Origin: Candidatus Micrarchaeota archaeon
GTDB taxonomy: Archaea > Micrarchaeota > Micrarchaeia > Anstonellales > Bilamarchaeaceae
NCBI GenBank assembly: GCA_016926175.1
Contig: JAFGPA010000024.1
Span: 279 to 64,278 of the forward strand
Length of the DNA: 64,000 nucleotides
Direction of reading: 5' to 3'
Positions 40,906 through 50,925 of the stretch are shown in pieces. How positions within the stretch are numbered: position 1 is the stretch's first letter; every line of letters starts with the position of its first letter. The notes beneath the pieces were generated by a model, which saw nothing but the letters and a program-made list of their open reading frames with translations, ran no database searches and was not told the DNA's origin. A program made the translations under genes and the position numbers.

Positions 40906-41532
40906 TCACCTTACAACGATCGGCCTGCCCATGGTGAGCTTTACATAAACGTTCTTTATGCCGCTTTCCTTTACCCTGTTCTTCACTGCTTCATATACTG
41001 CTTCGGCATTTTCTGCCAGCTCATCGATACTCATTTCTTCTGTTCCGATAAGTGCCTGGGCAACCGGAAGATACTTTCCCTTTGAAACAATCCTCACGGA
41101 TTTCTTAGATCTTTCAATCATTGGCCCAATGTTTCCTATGGCCGGTTTTGGAAGCTTACCTCTTTTACCAAGGTATTGTCCAAGGCTCTTTGCAACTTCG
41201 CCCATAAGGCTGGGCTGCGCAAGCAGGAAATATCCGCGTGCAAGCTGTTTTACATTGTCCTTCCACTGGGGAATCTGCTCGGGCGTTATTATAAGGTCAG
41301 CTCCTGCCTTTTTTGCCTGGTCTGCCATTGCAGGCTCGGCAAACACTGCGCATTTGAGTTCTTTTCCGCCCTTTCCCCTGGGAAGTACAATATCAAGGTT
41401 AAGCCGGTTCTCTGATTTTGAGAAGTCGATGCCCTTCATGTTGATAACTACTTCTACGGACTGTTTGAATTTCTTTTTTCCTTTGTCTTCCATGGCTTTT
41501 GTTAAAGCCTCTGCCAGTTTATTTTTGTCCAT
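40906..41532 (-). CDS. rpl1: 50S ribosomal protein L1
   Basis: KFKQSVE, LP.G.G, LG.RGK.PKP, IGTE.M, VKLTMG; ATG 41532 behind GGAGG. Confidence 0.96.
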   Translation of the reverse strand: MDKNKLAEALTKAMEDKGKKKFKQSVEVVINMKGIDFSKSENRLNLDIVLPRGKGGKELKCAVFAEPAMADQAKKAGADLIITPEQIPQWKDNVKQLARGYFLLAQPSLMGEVAKSLGQYLGKRGKLPKPAIGNIGPMIERSKKSVRIVSKGKYLPVAQALIGTEEMSIDELAENAEAVYEAVKNRVKESGIKNVYVKLTMGRPIVVR

Positions 41533-41539
41533 AAACAAG

Positions 41540-41568
41540 CCCTCCTACTCTCCAGAGTAGTAAACGGG
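41540..41568 (-). promoter_or_regulatory. Leader hairpin, putative L1 autoregulatory site
   Basis: mRNA CCC-GUUUA-CUACUCU-GG-AGAGUAG-GA-GGG, covering the SD. Confidence 0.6.
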
Positions 41569-41648
41569 TAGCAAAATTGATGATGACAAATGTTTATAAA
41601 ACGACCTCCGGAAGCAAATCACCTAATCTTCTAAAGAGCGAAAATGCA

Positions 41649-41979
41649 ATGGTCTGTCTGGCATGCTGTCAATTCCTGTTACCGGAAAATCAGGCCATTG
41701 CAACTGTTATATCCATCGGGTGCTTTATTTTACCTGGAGCCCCTTCACTTGCACATGCCTTTTTTTGGAAAAATAAGGAAATCACTGGTTTGTCTTATCG
41801 GATCATGGGAGCCGGCTGCTGTTATAATAATTTATCCTGCCGGCTCAATAATAACCTTTGGGCTTGGATTGGTAGGTCTTTTTCCATTATTTTTTATGCC
41901 ACTGTTACTGAATATGCTTATCATCTATGACGTATGCCTGATTGCAAAAGGAAGAAAATCAAAATTGCCAGAATTCTAG
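41649..41979 (+). pseudogene. Small membrane protein split by a frameshift at a T7 run
   Basis: MVCLACCQF...SLAHAFF joins GKIRKSLVCLIG...KLPEF if one T is removed at 41760-41766. Confidence 0.55.
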
Positions 41980-42089
41980 AGATCCCCAACACGCCTTTTC
42001 ATCTTCTTTTTGAGTCTTTTGCGCTTTTTCTTTACCCATTTCCAGCGCATCTTGTTTTTCTTTTTCCATTTTCTTGGCTTTGAACCCAT
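41976..42089 (-). CDS. rpl41e: Ribosomal protein L41e (eS32), long form; absent from the ORF track
   Basis: MGSKPRKWKKKNKMRWKWVKKKRKRLKKKMKRRVGDL; AGGTGA SD. Confidence 0.9.
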   Translation of the reverse strand: MGSKPRKWKKKNKMRWKWVKKKRKRLKKKMKRRVGDL

Positions 42090-42227
42090 TATTTCACCTA
42101 ACTAGATCAGAATGTGTTAGGAATATTTGGCCGTTTGGCTTAAATAGGTTTCGAATTCGCAGGCAATGCCGGATGCCCCCTAAAAATCTTGCTTCAGAAG
42201 CCGCTCCCGGTCCTGTGCAGATTCCTT

Positions 42228-42680
42228 TTATATGCCAAGCCGGAGAAATAATTTTTTAATATTCTTCCAGTGGCTGCCTGCCCAGTATATCTTTCTGCAG
42301 TTTTTGCATCTCCAGAATTTTTCTGATCTTACCTTTTCAGGCACTTCATTTCTTACTTCTTTTTCCTTTACATCCTCAAGTTCGCCATTGCACCCGGGGC
42401 ATCTTGTTTCTGCCGGAAAACTGGTCTTTGCGCCGGTTTCATAAAGTACCTGCTTTATCTGCTCTTCAACATCATTGCTTTTGACAAACACGCATGGAAC
42501 TGCATCCTTTATGCATCTTTTTGCCAGTTCCTCATCCCGGGTTACAAATATAAGGCCCTTTGCCCTGGCATATTCCAGCAGTTCAGAATCAGTCTTTCCC
42601 TTAAAATATTCACTGTAGATGCCAAAAATTCTGCACAATCTTGCAGGCTTCTTCAGCATTTCATCAAAAAGAAATCTCAT
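42228..42680 (-). CDS. Mut7-C RNase domain protein (PIN-like + Zn ribbon)
   Basis: FLFDEML, VTRD..L, RCPGCNG.L, C..C.KIYW.GSHW. Confidence 0.92.
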   Translation of the reverse strand: MRFLFDEMLKKPARLCRIFGIYSEYFKGKTDSELLEYARAKGLIFVTRDEELAKRCIKDAVPCVFVKSNDVEEQIKQVLYETGAKTSFPAETRCPGCNGELEDVKEKEVRNEVPEKVRSEKFWRCKNCRKIYWAGSHWKNIKKLFLRLGI

Positions 42681-42682
42681 AA

Positions 42683-42988
42683 TCAGCTAAGGGAGATTTT
42701 TACAAATACATTGGTCGGAACCTTGATCCTGAGAATCTGCTTGATGTATTTTTCATCGCCTTCAACATCAACAAGCCTCTTGAAGACTCTTTTTTCCCAA
42801 TGCTCATATGTGTCCGTACCGTCCCCGCAGGGCGTCCTTCTTGTTGAAATCTCAAGTTTTCTCCTTGGAAGCCTTACCGGACCTATGAATGTCATTGAAA
42901 GAGTGTCTGCAAGATTTTTGATCTGGCCGACAACGTTGTCCAGTGCCTCCGGCTTCTCTCCGCTTAATTTAATTCTTACTTTAGTCAT
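42683..42988 (-). CDS. rps10: 30S ribosomal protein S10
   Basis: RIKLSG, GPVRLP, TRRTPCGDGT.TYEHWE.R..KRL. Confidence 0.97.
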   Translation of the reverse strand: MTKVRIKLSGEKPEALDNVVGQIKNLADTLSMTFIGPVRLPRRKLEISTRRTPCGDGTDTYEHWEKRVFKRLVDVEGDEKYIKQILRIKVPTNVFVKISLS

Positions 42989-43116
42989 GAATATAACCTC
43001 AAAAGTCAGAGTAGATTAGTAATTACAAAACTATTTAAACATGTTGCAGCAGCGCTATGTTTATAAAATGGCACTGAGAGAATGATTTCTAGTTCTTAAA
43101 ATCGGAGGTAAACAAG

Positions 43117-44169
43117 GTGAGGGCAGTTCTTGTGCTGGAAGACGGAAAGGTTTTTCACGGCAGCGGATTTGGTGCAAAAGCCACAAAAATAGGCGAATTG
43201 GTATTTAATACGTCCATGACAGGCTATCAGGAAGCACTGACTGATCCAAGCTGTGCAGGCCAGATACTCCTCATGACATATCCTCTAATAGGCAATTACG
43301 GAATCAATGCAATTGACTATGAAAGCAACAGGATACATTCCAGCGGCTTTGTTGTGAGGCAGATGAGCCCTGACCATGAGCACAGGAACTCTGAAAAATC
43401 ACTGGACTTGTTTTTGAAAGATCACGGGATTCCGGGCATATATGGTCTTGATACAAGAAGCATTGTAAGAAATATCAGGGACCATGGCGTTATGCCCGCT
43501 GCAATATCAACAGGCGATGCAGACCCTAAAGATCTTCTCAGAAAAATCCACGAATTCGATTATTCCGGCCAGGATTATGTGAAAGCGGTTACCACCGTAA
43601 AACCGCAGAAATTCGGCAAAGGAAAGAAAATTGCACTTATAGACTACGGGGCAAAAATGGGGATAGTGAGAGATCTTGTAGCCCATGGCTGCGAGGTCCA
43701 CTTCATTCCTGCTACAACTGCTGCAAAGGAAATCAAGGCGCTGGAACCTGATGGCATCGTGCTCTCAAACGGGCCGGGAAATCCCGCCGTTCCAGAATAC
43801 GCCTACGATACAATACGCGAAATCTCGGGCTACCGGCCAATATTCGGAATATGCCTTGGCCACCAGCTGCTGGCCCATGTCCATGGGGGCACCACAAAAA
43901 AACTGAAGTTTGGCCACCGTGGCGGCAACCATGCTGTTATGGATCTGATAAAAAACAAGATTGCGATAACGACCCAGAATCACAGCTATGTTGTTGACAA
44001 TGTGCCAAAAGGCTTTGAGGTAACGCACATCCATGTCAATGACAAGACGATTGAGGGAATGCGAAACGATAACCTGCAGATATTTTCAGTGCAATACCAT
44101 CCTGAGGCTTCACCAGGATCCCATGACTCAAAATATCTGTTTGATGAATTTATGAAGATGATAAAATGA
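43117..44169 (+). CDS. carA: Carbamoyl-phosphate synthase small subunit
   Basis: GELVFNTSMTGYQE, SNGPGNP, GICLGHQ, QYHPEA; GGAGG SD. Confidence 0.98.
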   Translation: MRAVLVLEDGKVFHGSGFGAKATKIGELVFNTSMTGYQEALTDPSCAGQILLMTYPLIGNYGINAIDYESNRIHSSGFVVRQMSPDHEHRNSEKSLDLFLKDHGIPGIYGLDTRSIVRNIRDHGVMPAAISTGDADPKDLLRKIHEFDYSGQDYVKAVTTVKPQKFGKGKKIALIDYGAKMGIVRDLVAHGCEVHFIPATTAAKEIKALEPDGIVLSNGPGNPAVPEYAYDTIREISGYRPIFGICLGHQLLAHVHGGTTKKLKFGHRGGNHAVMDLIKNKIAITTQNHSYVVDNVPKGFEVTHIHVNDKTIEGMRNDNLQIFSVQYHPEASPGSHDSKYLFDEFMKMIK

Positions 44170-47100
44170 AAGTACTGGTGATAGGTTCAGGACCAATAGT
44201 AATTGGCCAGAGTGCAGAGTTTGACTATTCCGGCACCCAGGCATGCAAAGCCCTCCGCGAAGAAGGCATATCAGTTGTTCTTGTCAATTCCAATCCTGCA
44301 ACAATCCAGACAGACAAAGAAATCGCAGACATTGTTTACATAGAACCACTGACCAGGGAAACCCTTGAAAAAATAATAGAAAAGGAAAAACCAGAAGGAT
44401 TAATTGCAACCATGGGCGGCCAGACGGGCCTGAATCTTGCCATGGAACTCAAAAAAAGCGGCATCCTCGACAAATACAATGTCAAATTCCTCGGCACTGA
44501 TGCAGAATCAATCGACCTTGCCGAATCAAGAGAGCATTTCAACAATCTCATGCGTAAAATCGGCGTTCCGATACTTCCGGGCCATGTTGTTTCTGATTTT
44601 CCAGAAGCAAAAAAATTCGCCGACAAGACCGGCTACCCGATAATCATCCGGCCATCATTTACCCTGGGCGGAACCGGGGGAGGTACAGCATATGATGAAG
44701 GGGAACTGAAAAAAATTCTCGGGCTTGCCCTCCGGCTTAGCGCAACAGGCGAAGCGCTGGTGGAAAAAAGCGCTTTGGGCTGGGGTGAATTTGAATATGA
44801 GGTTATAAGGGACCAGTTCGGCAATGCTTCAATAATATGCAACATGGAAAACATTGATCCTATGGGGGTTCACACTGGCGAATCCATTGTTGCAGCCCCA
44901 TCCCAGACACTTAGCGACAGGGATCACCAGAAACTCCGCAATGCCACCCTGAAGATAGTTCATGCCATTGGCATAAAAGGCGGCTGCAATGTCCAGTTTT
45001 CCATGAACCAGGAAACCGGAGAATTCGTAGTAATAGAAGTGAATCCCAGACTGTCACGCTCCTCAGCCCTTGCATCCAAGGCAACAGGATACCCTATCGC
45101 AAGGGTCGCAACAAAAATAGCGCTTGGACATCCATTGCCTGAAATAAGAAATGCAATAACTGAAACTTCTGCAGCGTTTGAGCCTGCGCTGGATTACTGC
45201 GTTGTCAAGATTCCGCGCTGGCCATTTGACAAATTCCCCATGACATCGCGCGTAATAGGAACGCAGATGAAAAGCACTGGCGAAGTGATGGCTATAGGAA
45301 GGACCTTTCCGGAAGCACTAAACAAGGCCATAAGAAGCCTTGAGATAAAAATCCCGAAAATGAAGCCTGAAGAGCATCTTTACCCTCCGACTGACCTGCG
45401 GCTGTTTGCTATTCTTGAATCATTCCGCCAGGGTAAAACCACAGATGAACTGCACAGGATAACAAAGATCAACAAATGGTTCCTGAACCGGTTCAGGGAA
45501 ATCACTGATCTTGAAAAAAAGATCTCAAAAGGGCTTTCAATGGAAATGCTTCTTGAAGCAAAAAAAGCCGGATTCCCGGACATGAAGATTGCAGCCCTTA
45601 CAGGAAAAACAGAAGCAGAAATCCGGAGGATGCGAAAATCAGGCGGGATAATTCCAACCTATAAGATCGTAGATTCATGCGCAGGGGAATTCCAAGCAGT
45701 CACTCCCTATTATTATTCCGTATACGAAGATGAAAATGAGGCAAAACCAATGCCTGGCAGGAAAGTGGTGGTGGTTGGTTCAGGCCCCATAAGGATTGGA
45801 CAGGGCATTGAGTTTGACTATTGCTGCTCCCATGCTGCAATTGCCCTGACTGAAATGGGCTACAGGAGCATCATGATCAACAACAATCCGGAAACCGTGA
45901 GCACTGATTTCGATACCAGCGACAGGCTTTATTTCGAGCCCCTCACTTTTGAGGATATCATGAACGTAATTGAAAATGAAAATCCCGAAGGCGTTATAGT
46001 GCAGCTTGGAGGCCAGACGAGCATTAACGTTGCCCAGAAACTTTCAGAGGCAGGGGTAAAAATACTTGGCACTGACATTGATGGCATTGACATTGCAGAA
46101 GACCGCGAAAGATTCAGGCATCTCTGCGAGAAAATAGGAATAGCCCAGCCTGAAAATGCAACTGCGCTTGGTGAAGCAGAAGCGCTGACAATTGCGGCAA
46201 GGATAGGATACCCGGTTGTTGTAAGGCCGAGCTATGTTATAGCAGGAAGGGCAATGGAAATAGTCTACAACGAGTCTGATCTGAGAAGATACATGGCCGA
46301 GGCAGTTGATGTAAGCGAAAACAAGCCCGTGCTTATCGACAAGTATCTTGACAATGCAATAGAGTGCGAAGTTGATGCGATAAGCGACGGCAGTAAGGTA
46401 TTCATAGGCGGGATAATGGAGCATATAGAGCCTGCAGGAGTCCATTCGGGAGATGCGAACATCGTACTTCCGTCCATAAGGCTGACTGGAAAGGACAGGA
46501 AGACGATAACCGAATACACTGAAAAACTTGCCAAATCCCTCGGGATAATAGGATTTGTCAATATCCAGTATGTTGTCAGGGACGGCATAGTCTACATCCT
46601 GGAAGCCAATCCACGTGCAAGCAGGACTGTGCCATTTGTTTCAAAAGCCATTGATATTCCTCTTGCAAAATATGCAATACACTGCATGCTTGGCAGGAAG
46701 CTTCCCAAACTTGAATGCAAGATGAACCACTTTGCTGTGAAGAGCATTGTGTTCCCGTTTCTGAAGCTCCTTGGCACAGACATCAAGCTTGGTCCTGAAA
46801 TGAGAAGCACAGGAGAAACAATGGGCCTGGGCAAATCCTTCGAGATGGCATACTACAAGGCGCTCCTGGCTGCCGGGGTAAGGATAGAGGATGAAAACCG
46901 CGCAGCCTTTATCAGCGTAAAGGATGAAGACAAGAAAGAAGTTCCAAAGCTTTCAAAAGCACTGAAAGAGCTTGGCTTTACAATTTACGGAACTCTTGGA
47001 ACAGTGGGTTCAGTGGAGCATGCAATAACAATACCAAAGATCGGCCATGGCCATCCTGATGCCGTTGAACTTATAGAGTCCGGCCACATCAGCTTTGTGA

Positions 47101-47276
47101 TCAACACCCCGACCAAAGGGGGCCGTGCAAATACCGACGGCTACAGGATGAGGCGCGCCAGCATCCAGAAAGGCATTCCATGCATAACAAACATTGCAAC
47201 TGCCTATGAATTGCTGAAGGCGCTGAAAAAACTGGAAAAGATAGAAGTGCGGCCATTTGACAAATATGCCTCATAA
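44166..47276 (+). CDS. carB: Carbamoyl-phosphate synthase large subunit
   Basis: IGSGPIVIGQ.AEFDYSG, two ATP-grasp halves (EVNPR, EANPRASR), C-terminal MGS domain. Confidence 0.98.
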   Translation: MKVLVIGSGPIVIGQSAEFDYSGTQACKALREEGISVVLVNSNPATIQTDKEIADIVYIEPLTRETLEKIIEKEKPEGLIATMGGQTGLNLAMELKKSGILDKYNVKFLGTDAESIDLAESREHFNNLMRKIGVPILPGHVVSDFPEAKKFADKTGYPIIIRPSFTLGGTGGGTAYDEGELKKILGLALRLSATGEALVEKSALGWGEFEYEVIRDQFGNASIICNMENIDPMGVHTGESIVAAPSQTLSDRDHQKLRNATLKIVHAIGIKGGCNVQFSMNQETGEFVVIEVNPRLSRSSALASKATGYPIARVATKIALGHPLPEIRNAITETSAAFEPALDYCVVKIPRWPFDKFPMTSRVIGTQMKSTGEVMAIGRTFPEALNKAIRSLEIKIPKMKPEEHLYPPTDLRLFAILESFRQGKTTDELHRITKINKWFLNRFREITDLEKKISKGLSMEMLLEAKKAGFPDMKIAALTGKTEAEIRRMRKSGGIIPTYKIVDSCAGEFQAVTPYYYSVYEDENEAKPMPGRKVVVVGSGPIRIGQGIEFDYCCSHAAIALTEMGYRSIMINNNPETVSTDFDTSDRLYFEPLTFEDIMNVIENENPEGVIVQLGGQTSINVAQKLSEAGVKILGTDIDGIDIAEDRERFRHLCEKIGIAQPENATALGEAEALTIAARIGYPVVVRPSYVIAGRAMEIVYNESDLRRYMAEAVDVSENKPVLIDKYLDNAIECEVDAISDGSKVFIGGIMEHIEPAGVHSGDANIVLPSIRLTGKDRKTITEYTEKLAKSLGIIGFVNIQYVVRDGIVYILEANPRASRTVPFVSKAIDIPLAKYAIHCMLGRKLPKLECKMNHFAVKSIVFPFLKLLGTDIKLGPEMRSTGETMGLGKSFEMAYYKALLAAGVRIEDENRAAFISVKDEDKKEVPKLSKALKELGFTIYGTLGTVGSVEHAITIPKIGHGHPDAVELIESGHISFVINTPTKGGRANTDGYRMRRASIQKGIPCITNIATAYELLKALKKLEKIEVRPFDKYAS

Positions 47277-47301
47277 CCAGGGAACTTCCCGGAGAATTAC
47301 A

Positions 47302-48447
47302 TCAGGACCAGAGCAGGATGATGGTAGGCAGAATTATCGCTCCCATGAGATTGATCCTTTCCACTCCAAGCAATATTGCCAGGTATCCGGTTCCAGCTGC
47401 AACCAGCAGAATTGCCACGCCTGCCAATCCATTTATTATGAAAGTTATTGCAATAAGGTAAGCTGCCAGGACCGCATTGACTTTTGATAAATCCATTTCT
47501 GCCAGCTTTGCAATCTTCATTCTCAGCAGGTAAATGACCAGAACCGCCAGCGAAAGGCTTATAAGAAACAGAACCAGCAGCATCACAAGATTTTCCTGTA
47601 TTGCAATGTTTTCTGAAAGCCATGCCGTTGCACCAACCCGCGATTTGTTTATGGAGGCCGCAGTTGCCAGTGAGAATATTGCCTGGCTTACTGAAATGCT
47701 GCTTATGGCCGCAAGAAATCCGAAACTGTCCAGGGGCATAATTATCGTAAGGAAAGCCGCTACCTGTGACGGCGATCCGACCCCCGGAATCAGGTCGGCA
47801 AAAAACCCAAGAAACACGCCTATCAGAGAAAATTTCACAAATTCAAATCCTATGGGCTCATCCTTCTGCCTCACTGTTTTTCCATGGCTGTAAAAAATCA
47901 TGGATGCAATTGCAAACATTCCGGAGAACATAGGCAGGAAAGGATCCTTCATTTCGCTGTTCAGGGAGAAATATCCTATTATGCCTGCCATCAGGAAAAC
48001 AATCAGCGACAAATGCGGCTGCCTTCCTCTTGCAAGCAGGACCACTGAAATCAGAGGAAGGATGAATTTCATATGCCCCCTGATCAGATTATGTATCAAA
48101 GGAAACATGTCCAGGGAAAGCCAGAAAAGTGAAATTGAGAATACTGCTGCAATTATGCATGAAAGCAGAATCGTTTTCAGTGCAGAAATCCCATAGCCTT
48201 TCAGCACCATCCTGTGGCCTGGCAAAGTGGCAACAACTGTGCCTGACTCCGGAATGCCAAAGAAAATTGCAGGAATGAAAGATGTGACAAGATTTGCAGG
48301 AAACATTGCAATTATCATAACTGCCAAAGCTGATTCCTCAATCCCGAATGAGGAAAGAGCAGAAATTACAGTATTCGAATGCAATCCGGGAAGAAGCCCG
48401 CTCAAAATTCCAAGTATAAATCCAGCTACAAATTCATCCAATCGCAA
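47302..48447 (-). CDS. TctA/DUF112 family membrane protein
   Basis: GLLPGLHSN, FIPAIFFG.P, LPGHRM...G.G. Confidence 0.85.
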   Translation of the reverse strand: MRLDEFVAGFILGILSGLLPGLHSNTVISALSSFGIEESALAVMIIAMFPANLVTSFIPAIFFGIPESGTVVATLPGHRMVLKGYGISALKTILLSCIIAAVFSISLFWLSLDMFPLIHNLIRGHMKFILPLISVVLLARGRQPHLSLIVFLMAGIIGYFSLNSEMKDPFLPMFSGMFAIASMIFYSHGKTVRQKDEPIGFEFVKFSLIGVFLGFFADLIPGVGSPSQVAAFLTIIMPLDSFGFLAAISSISVSQAIFSLATAASINKSRVGATAWLSENIAIQENLVMLLVLFLISLSLAVLVIYLLRMKIAKLAEMDLSKVNAVLAAYLIAITFIINGLAGVAILLVAAGTGYLAILLGVERINLMGAIILPTIILLWS

Positions 48448-49717
48448 CGCCCTTTACCTGTATGTGAGGCCCACCATCACTCACAGGTACAGACTGTCCG
48501 AACTTTCCGCAGATTCCGGGGCTTGTCCCGAAATCCTTGCCTACTGCAGTCACGTTTGCCATTGTTTCGAGGATATTGCCGCTTATAACAGCATCCCTCA
48601 TTATTTTTACGCGTTCACCCTTTTTAATTTCCCATGCTTCTTCTGCCTTGAACATGAATCCGCCGGAAAAAGTATCCACGCTTCCACCTTTCATCCCTTT
48701 CAGATAGATGCCGTCAATATCAAAGACATCCTGCAATGAATGATCCCCTTTCTGGAAATAAGTATTGCTCATCCTTACTATAGGCACCTGGTCATAGCTG
48801 TCAGCCCTTGCATGGCCATTTGGCTGCTCCCTGAGATTGCAGGCAGTTTCCAGGGAGTTCATATACCCTTTCAGAATGCCCTTTTCAATCAGTACTGCAG
48901 GCTTTGCCAGCACTCCTTCCTCATCATAAACATAGTGGCCAAAATCCGTTGCAGTCGGATCATCAACAATTGTTACAAGTTCAGTTCCTATCTCCCTGCC
49001 AGTTTTTCCTGCAAGTATGGATTCTCCGTCAACAATGGAATCCGCCTCGCATGCATGGCCGACTGCCTCGTGGCTGAATACTCCGGTCATTTCAGGATCA
49101 AAAACCGTGTCAAACCTTCCTTTTGGAGGCGGCTCTGCTTTAAGAAGCCTCAGCGCCTTTTCCTTTGATTTGTTTGCGACGGCCAGAAGATCAATATCCT
49201 GGAATCCTGACCTGGACCAGGTCCTTTCAGATCCCCGCTGTATTATGCCGTTGGACTTTGCAATTGCAGAGCATGAAAGATAGCCGTATCCAGATTCCTG
49301 TATTATCCGTGCACCATGCGAATTGTAGAATCCGGTTTTCAATGCAATTTCTGTGTAGTTTATGATCTGCGAAGTTATTGCATCCCCTTTCATTTCCCGT
49401 GCCGCTTCAAGCAGCGCCTTTATCTGCCCTTCAGAATCACCATGCTCGAATCTCCCAACAATCTCCTTCCGGTGGCCCGGAGGCTCTATCCTGATTTTTC
49501 CCTTTGAAAGTCTTGCCAGCCTTTGCGCCCTGTCAAGGAGGATGTTCACATCCCCGGTCCCTGATGCAAACCCCCACGATCCGTTTTCAAGAACCCTGGC
49601 GCATCTGCCTTCTGTTTTTCCGGAGCTGTGGCTGACTTCATCGTTTTTTATTGAGGTTATCGATTCGCTGCTTTCCTCGATCCTCACTTCTGCATAATCA
49701 TACTTCGAAAGATCCAT
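48434..49717 (-). CDS. tldD: TldD family metalloprotease
   Basis: HEAVGHACEAD, GHARA......P.VRMSNT, CGK.GQ.VPV..G.P. Confidence 0.92.
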   Translation of the reverse strand: MDLSKYDYAEVRIEESSESITSIKNDEVSHSSGKTEGRCARVLENGSWGFASGTGDVNILLDRAQRLARLSKGKIRIEPPGHRKEIVGRFEHGDSEGQIKALLEAAREMKGDAITSQIINYTEIALKTGFYNSHGARIIQESGYGYLSCSAIAKSNGIIQRGSERTWSRSGFQDIDLLAVANKSKEKALRLLKAEPPPKGRFDTVFDPEMTGVFSHEAVGHACEADSIVDGESILAGKTGREIGTELVTIVDDPTATDFGHYVYDEEGVLAKPAVLIEKGILKGYMNSLETACNLREQPNGHARADSYDQVPIVRMSNTYFQKGDHSLQDVFDIDGIYLKGMKGGSVDTFSGGFMFKAEEAWEIKKGERVKIMRDAVISGNILETMANVTAVGKDFGTSPGICGKFGQSVPVSDGGPHIQVKGVAIG

Positions 49718-49843
49718 GTTTCAACCTGTGATTTTTTTCACTGCTTAAAATGTGCAGTTCGTTGGGGTATCAGATCCCTATATTTCCACCTGCACTCCCC
49801 ACTAATTATCCTAAAACAGCAATAAAATCTGCCATGCAAAAGC

Positions 49844-50161
49844 TCAGAGCTGTGCGCCTGCCTGTTCAGCATACTGGAGCACAATCTGCTTTTCATCCCT
49901 GTTTTTTACCAGCCCGCAGAAGACGTGGTTCTTTAAAGGAACCATGACAAGGATCAGCCCGTTGAATGAAACTTCAAGTTCCCTGGGCCGGTCATCCATT
50001 TTCTGGAGGAGAGCGTCCGCCGTATTTGCCACAAGCGAAAACAGGCTGGCATCCGATTCCTTCAGTGCAATGGTTGATGCAACTGGCATTCCATCCGACC
50101 TTACTACTGCCCCCCCAATTCCCTTTTCCTTCATCTCATTCAGAATTTCTTCAACAGACAT
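49844..50161 (-). CDS. Roadblock/LC7 domain protein
   Basis: GAVVRSDG.PVAS signature, 105 aa. Confidence 0.75.
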   Translation of the reverse strand: MSVEEILNEMKEKGIGGAVVRSDGMPVASTIALKESDASLFSLVANTADALLQKMDDRPRELEVSFNGLILVMVPLKNHVFCGLVKNRDEKQIVLQYAEQAGAQL

Positions 50162-50169
50162 AGAATCCC

Positions 50170-50874
50170 CTATATTATGCTTATTCCTCCCGGTCCGATC
50201 CTTATTGGTATTGGCATATCAACATCAGAAATTACAATCTCGAACTTGCCTCCTTTGTCAATAAGGGTGTAGGTATCATCCATCCCATGCTCTATCAGGC
50301 TCAGCAATTGCTTGTCATGAACCCCCTCATCAACAAGGAACAGCGTGGTTGCAGATGCATTCTTCAGCCTTCCGCAGATAACACTGAGAAATTTCTTTAT
50401 GGAATCTCTTGCATTGTACAATACGAATGTGGACAACGTGTCGAAAACTATCCTCATTCTTTTCCCTTCGCTTTGCCTTATTGCCTCATTCAATGCAAGT
50501 GAAATGTCATTCAGTGCGCTGGGGCTGGGCACTATTGTTATCCTGTCAGTGTTCTCAGGCCTGTTGTTGCCCAGGGTGGAACTGTAGCAGTCTATGAAAT
50601 ACACACTGCTCAGGTCGATCCCCATGTTGCCTGCCTTGTTTATTATGTCTGCAGGGGAGGAATTTCCGCACAGTATGTATGAGTTTTCGTCTTTTTCAGC
50701 CGCTGCGGCGAATGCATATGCAAAGGCCGCCTTCTCATTTCCGCTTGGTCCGATAAATATGAAATTCGCCGGGTTGCCGTAGCCTCCCTCCATAATCAGG
50801 TCCAGATCCGGAATCCCAGTCGATAATTTGCTTTTCTTAAGCAGGGGCATTCCTTTTTGCACTTCCAAGTCCAT
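50170..50874 (-). CDS. KaiC/RAD55-like RecA-fold protein with a degenerate Walker A
   Basis: STGIPDLD.IM.GG, GPSGNEKA, FIDCYS, RIVFDTLS. Confidence 0.82.
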   Translation of the reverse strand: MDLEVQKGMPLLKKSKLSTGIPDLDLIMEGGYGNPANFIFIGPSGNEKAAFAYAFAAAAEKDENSYILCGNSSPADIINKAGNMGIDLSSVYFIDCYSSTLGNNRPENTDRITIVPSPSALNDISLALNEAIRQSEGKRMRIVFDTLSTFVLYNARDSIKKFLSVICGRLKNASATTLFLVDEGVHDKQLLSLIEHGMDDTYTLIDKGGKFEIVISDVDMPIPIRIGPGGISII

Positions 50875-50925
50875 GTTTGAGAATTAGCTTGTAAGTATTA
50901 AAAAGATAAAGGAAAAAGAAAAATT

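Noticed and set aside
49750..49800. GTGCAG/CTGCAC stem upstream of tldD as a possible ncRNA
   Set aside because: Short stem, no clear C/D box or riboswitch consensus; could be chance
50170..50874. Circadian clock KaiC or RadA
   Set aside because: Single domain with a degenerate Walker A; no KaiB and no RadA N-terminal domain
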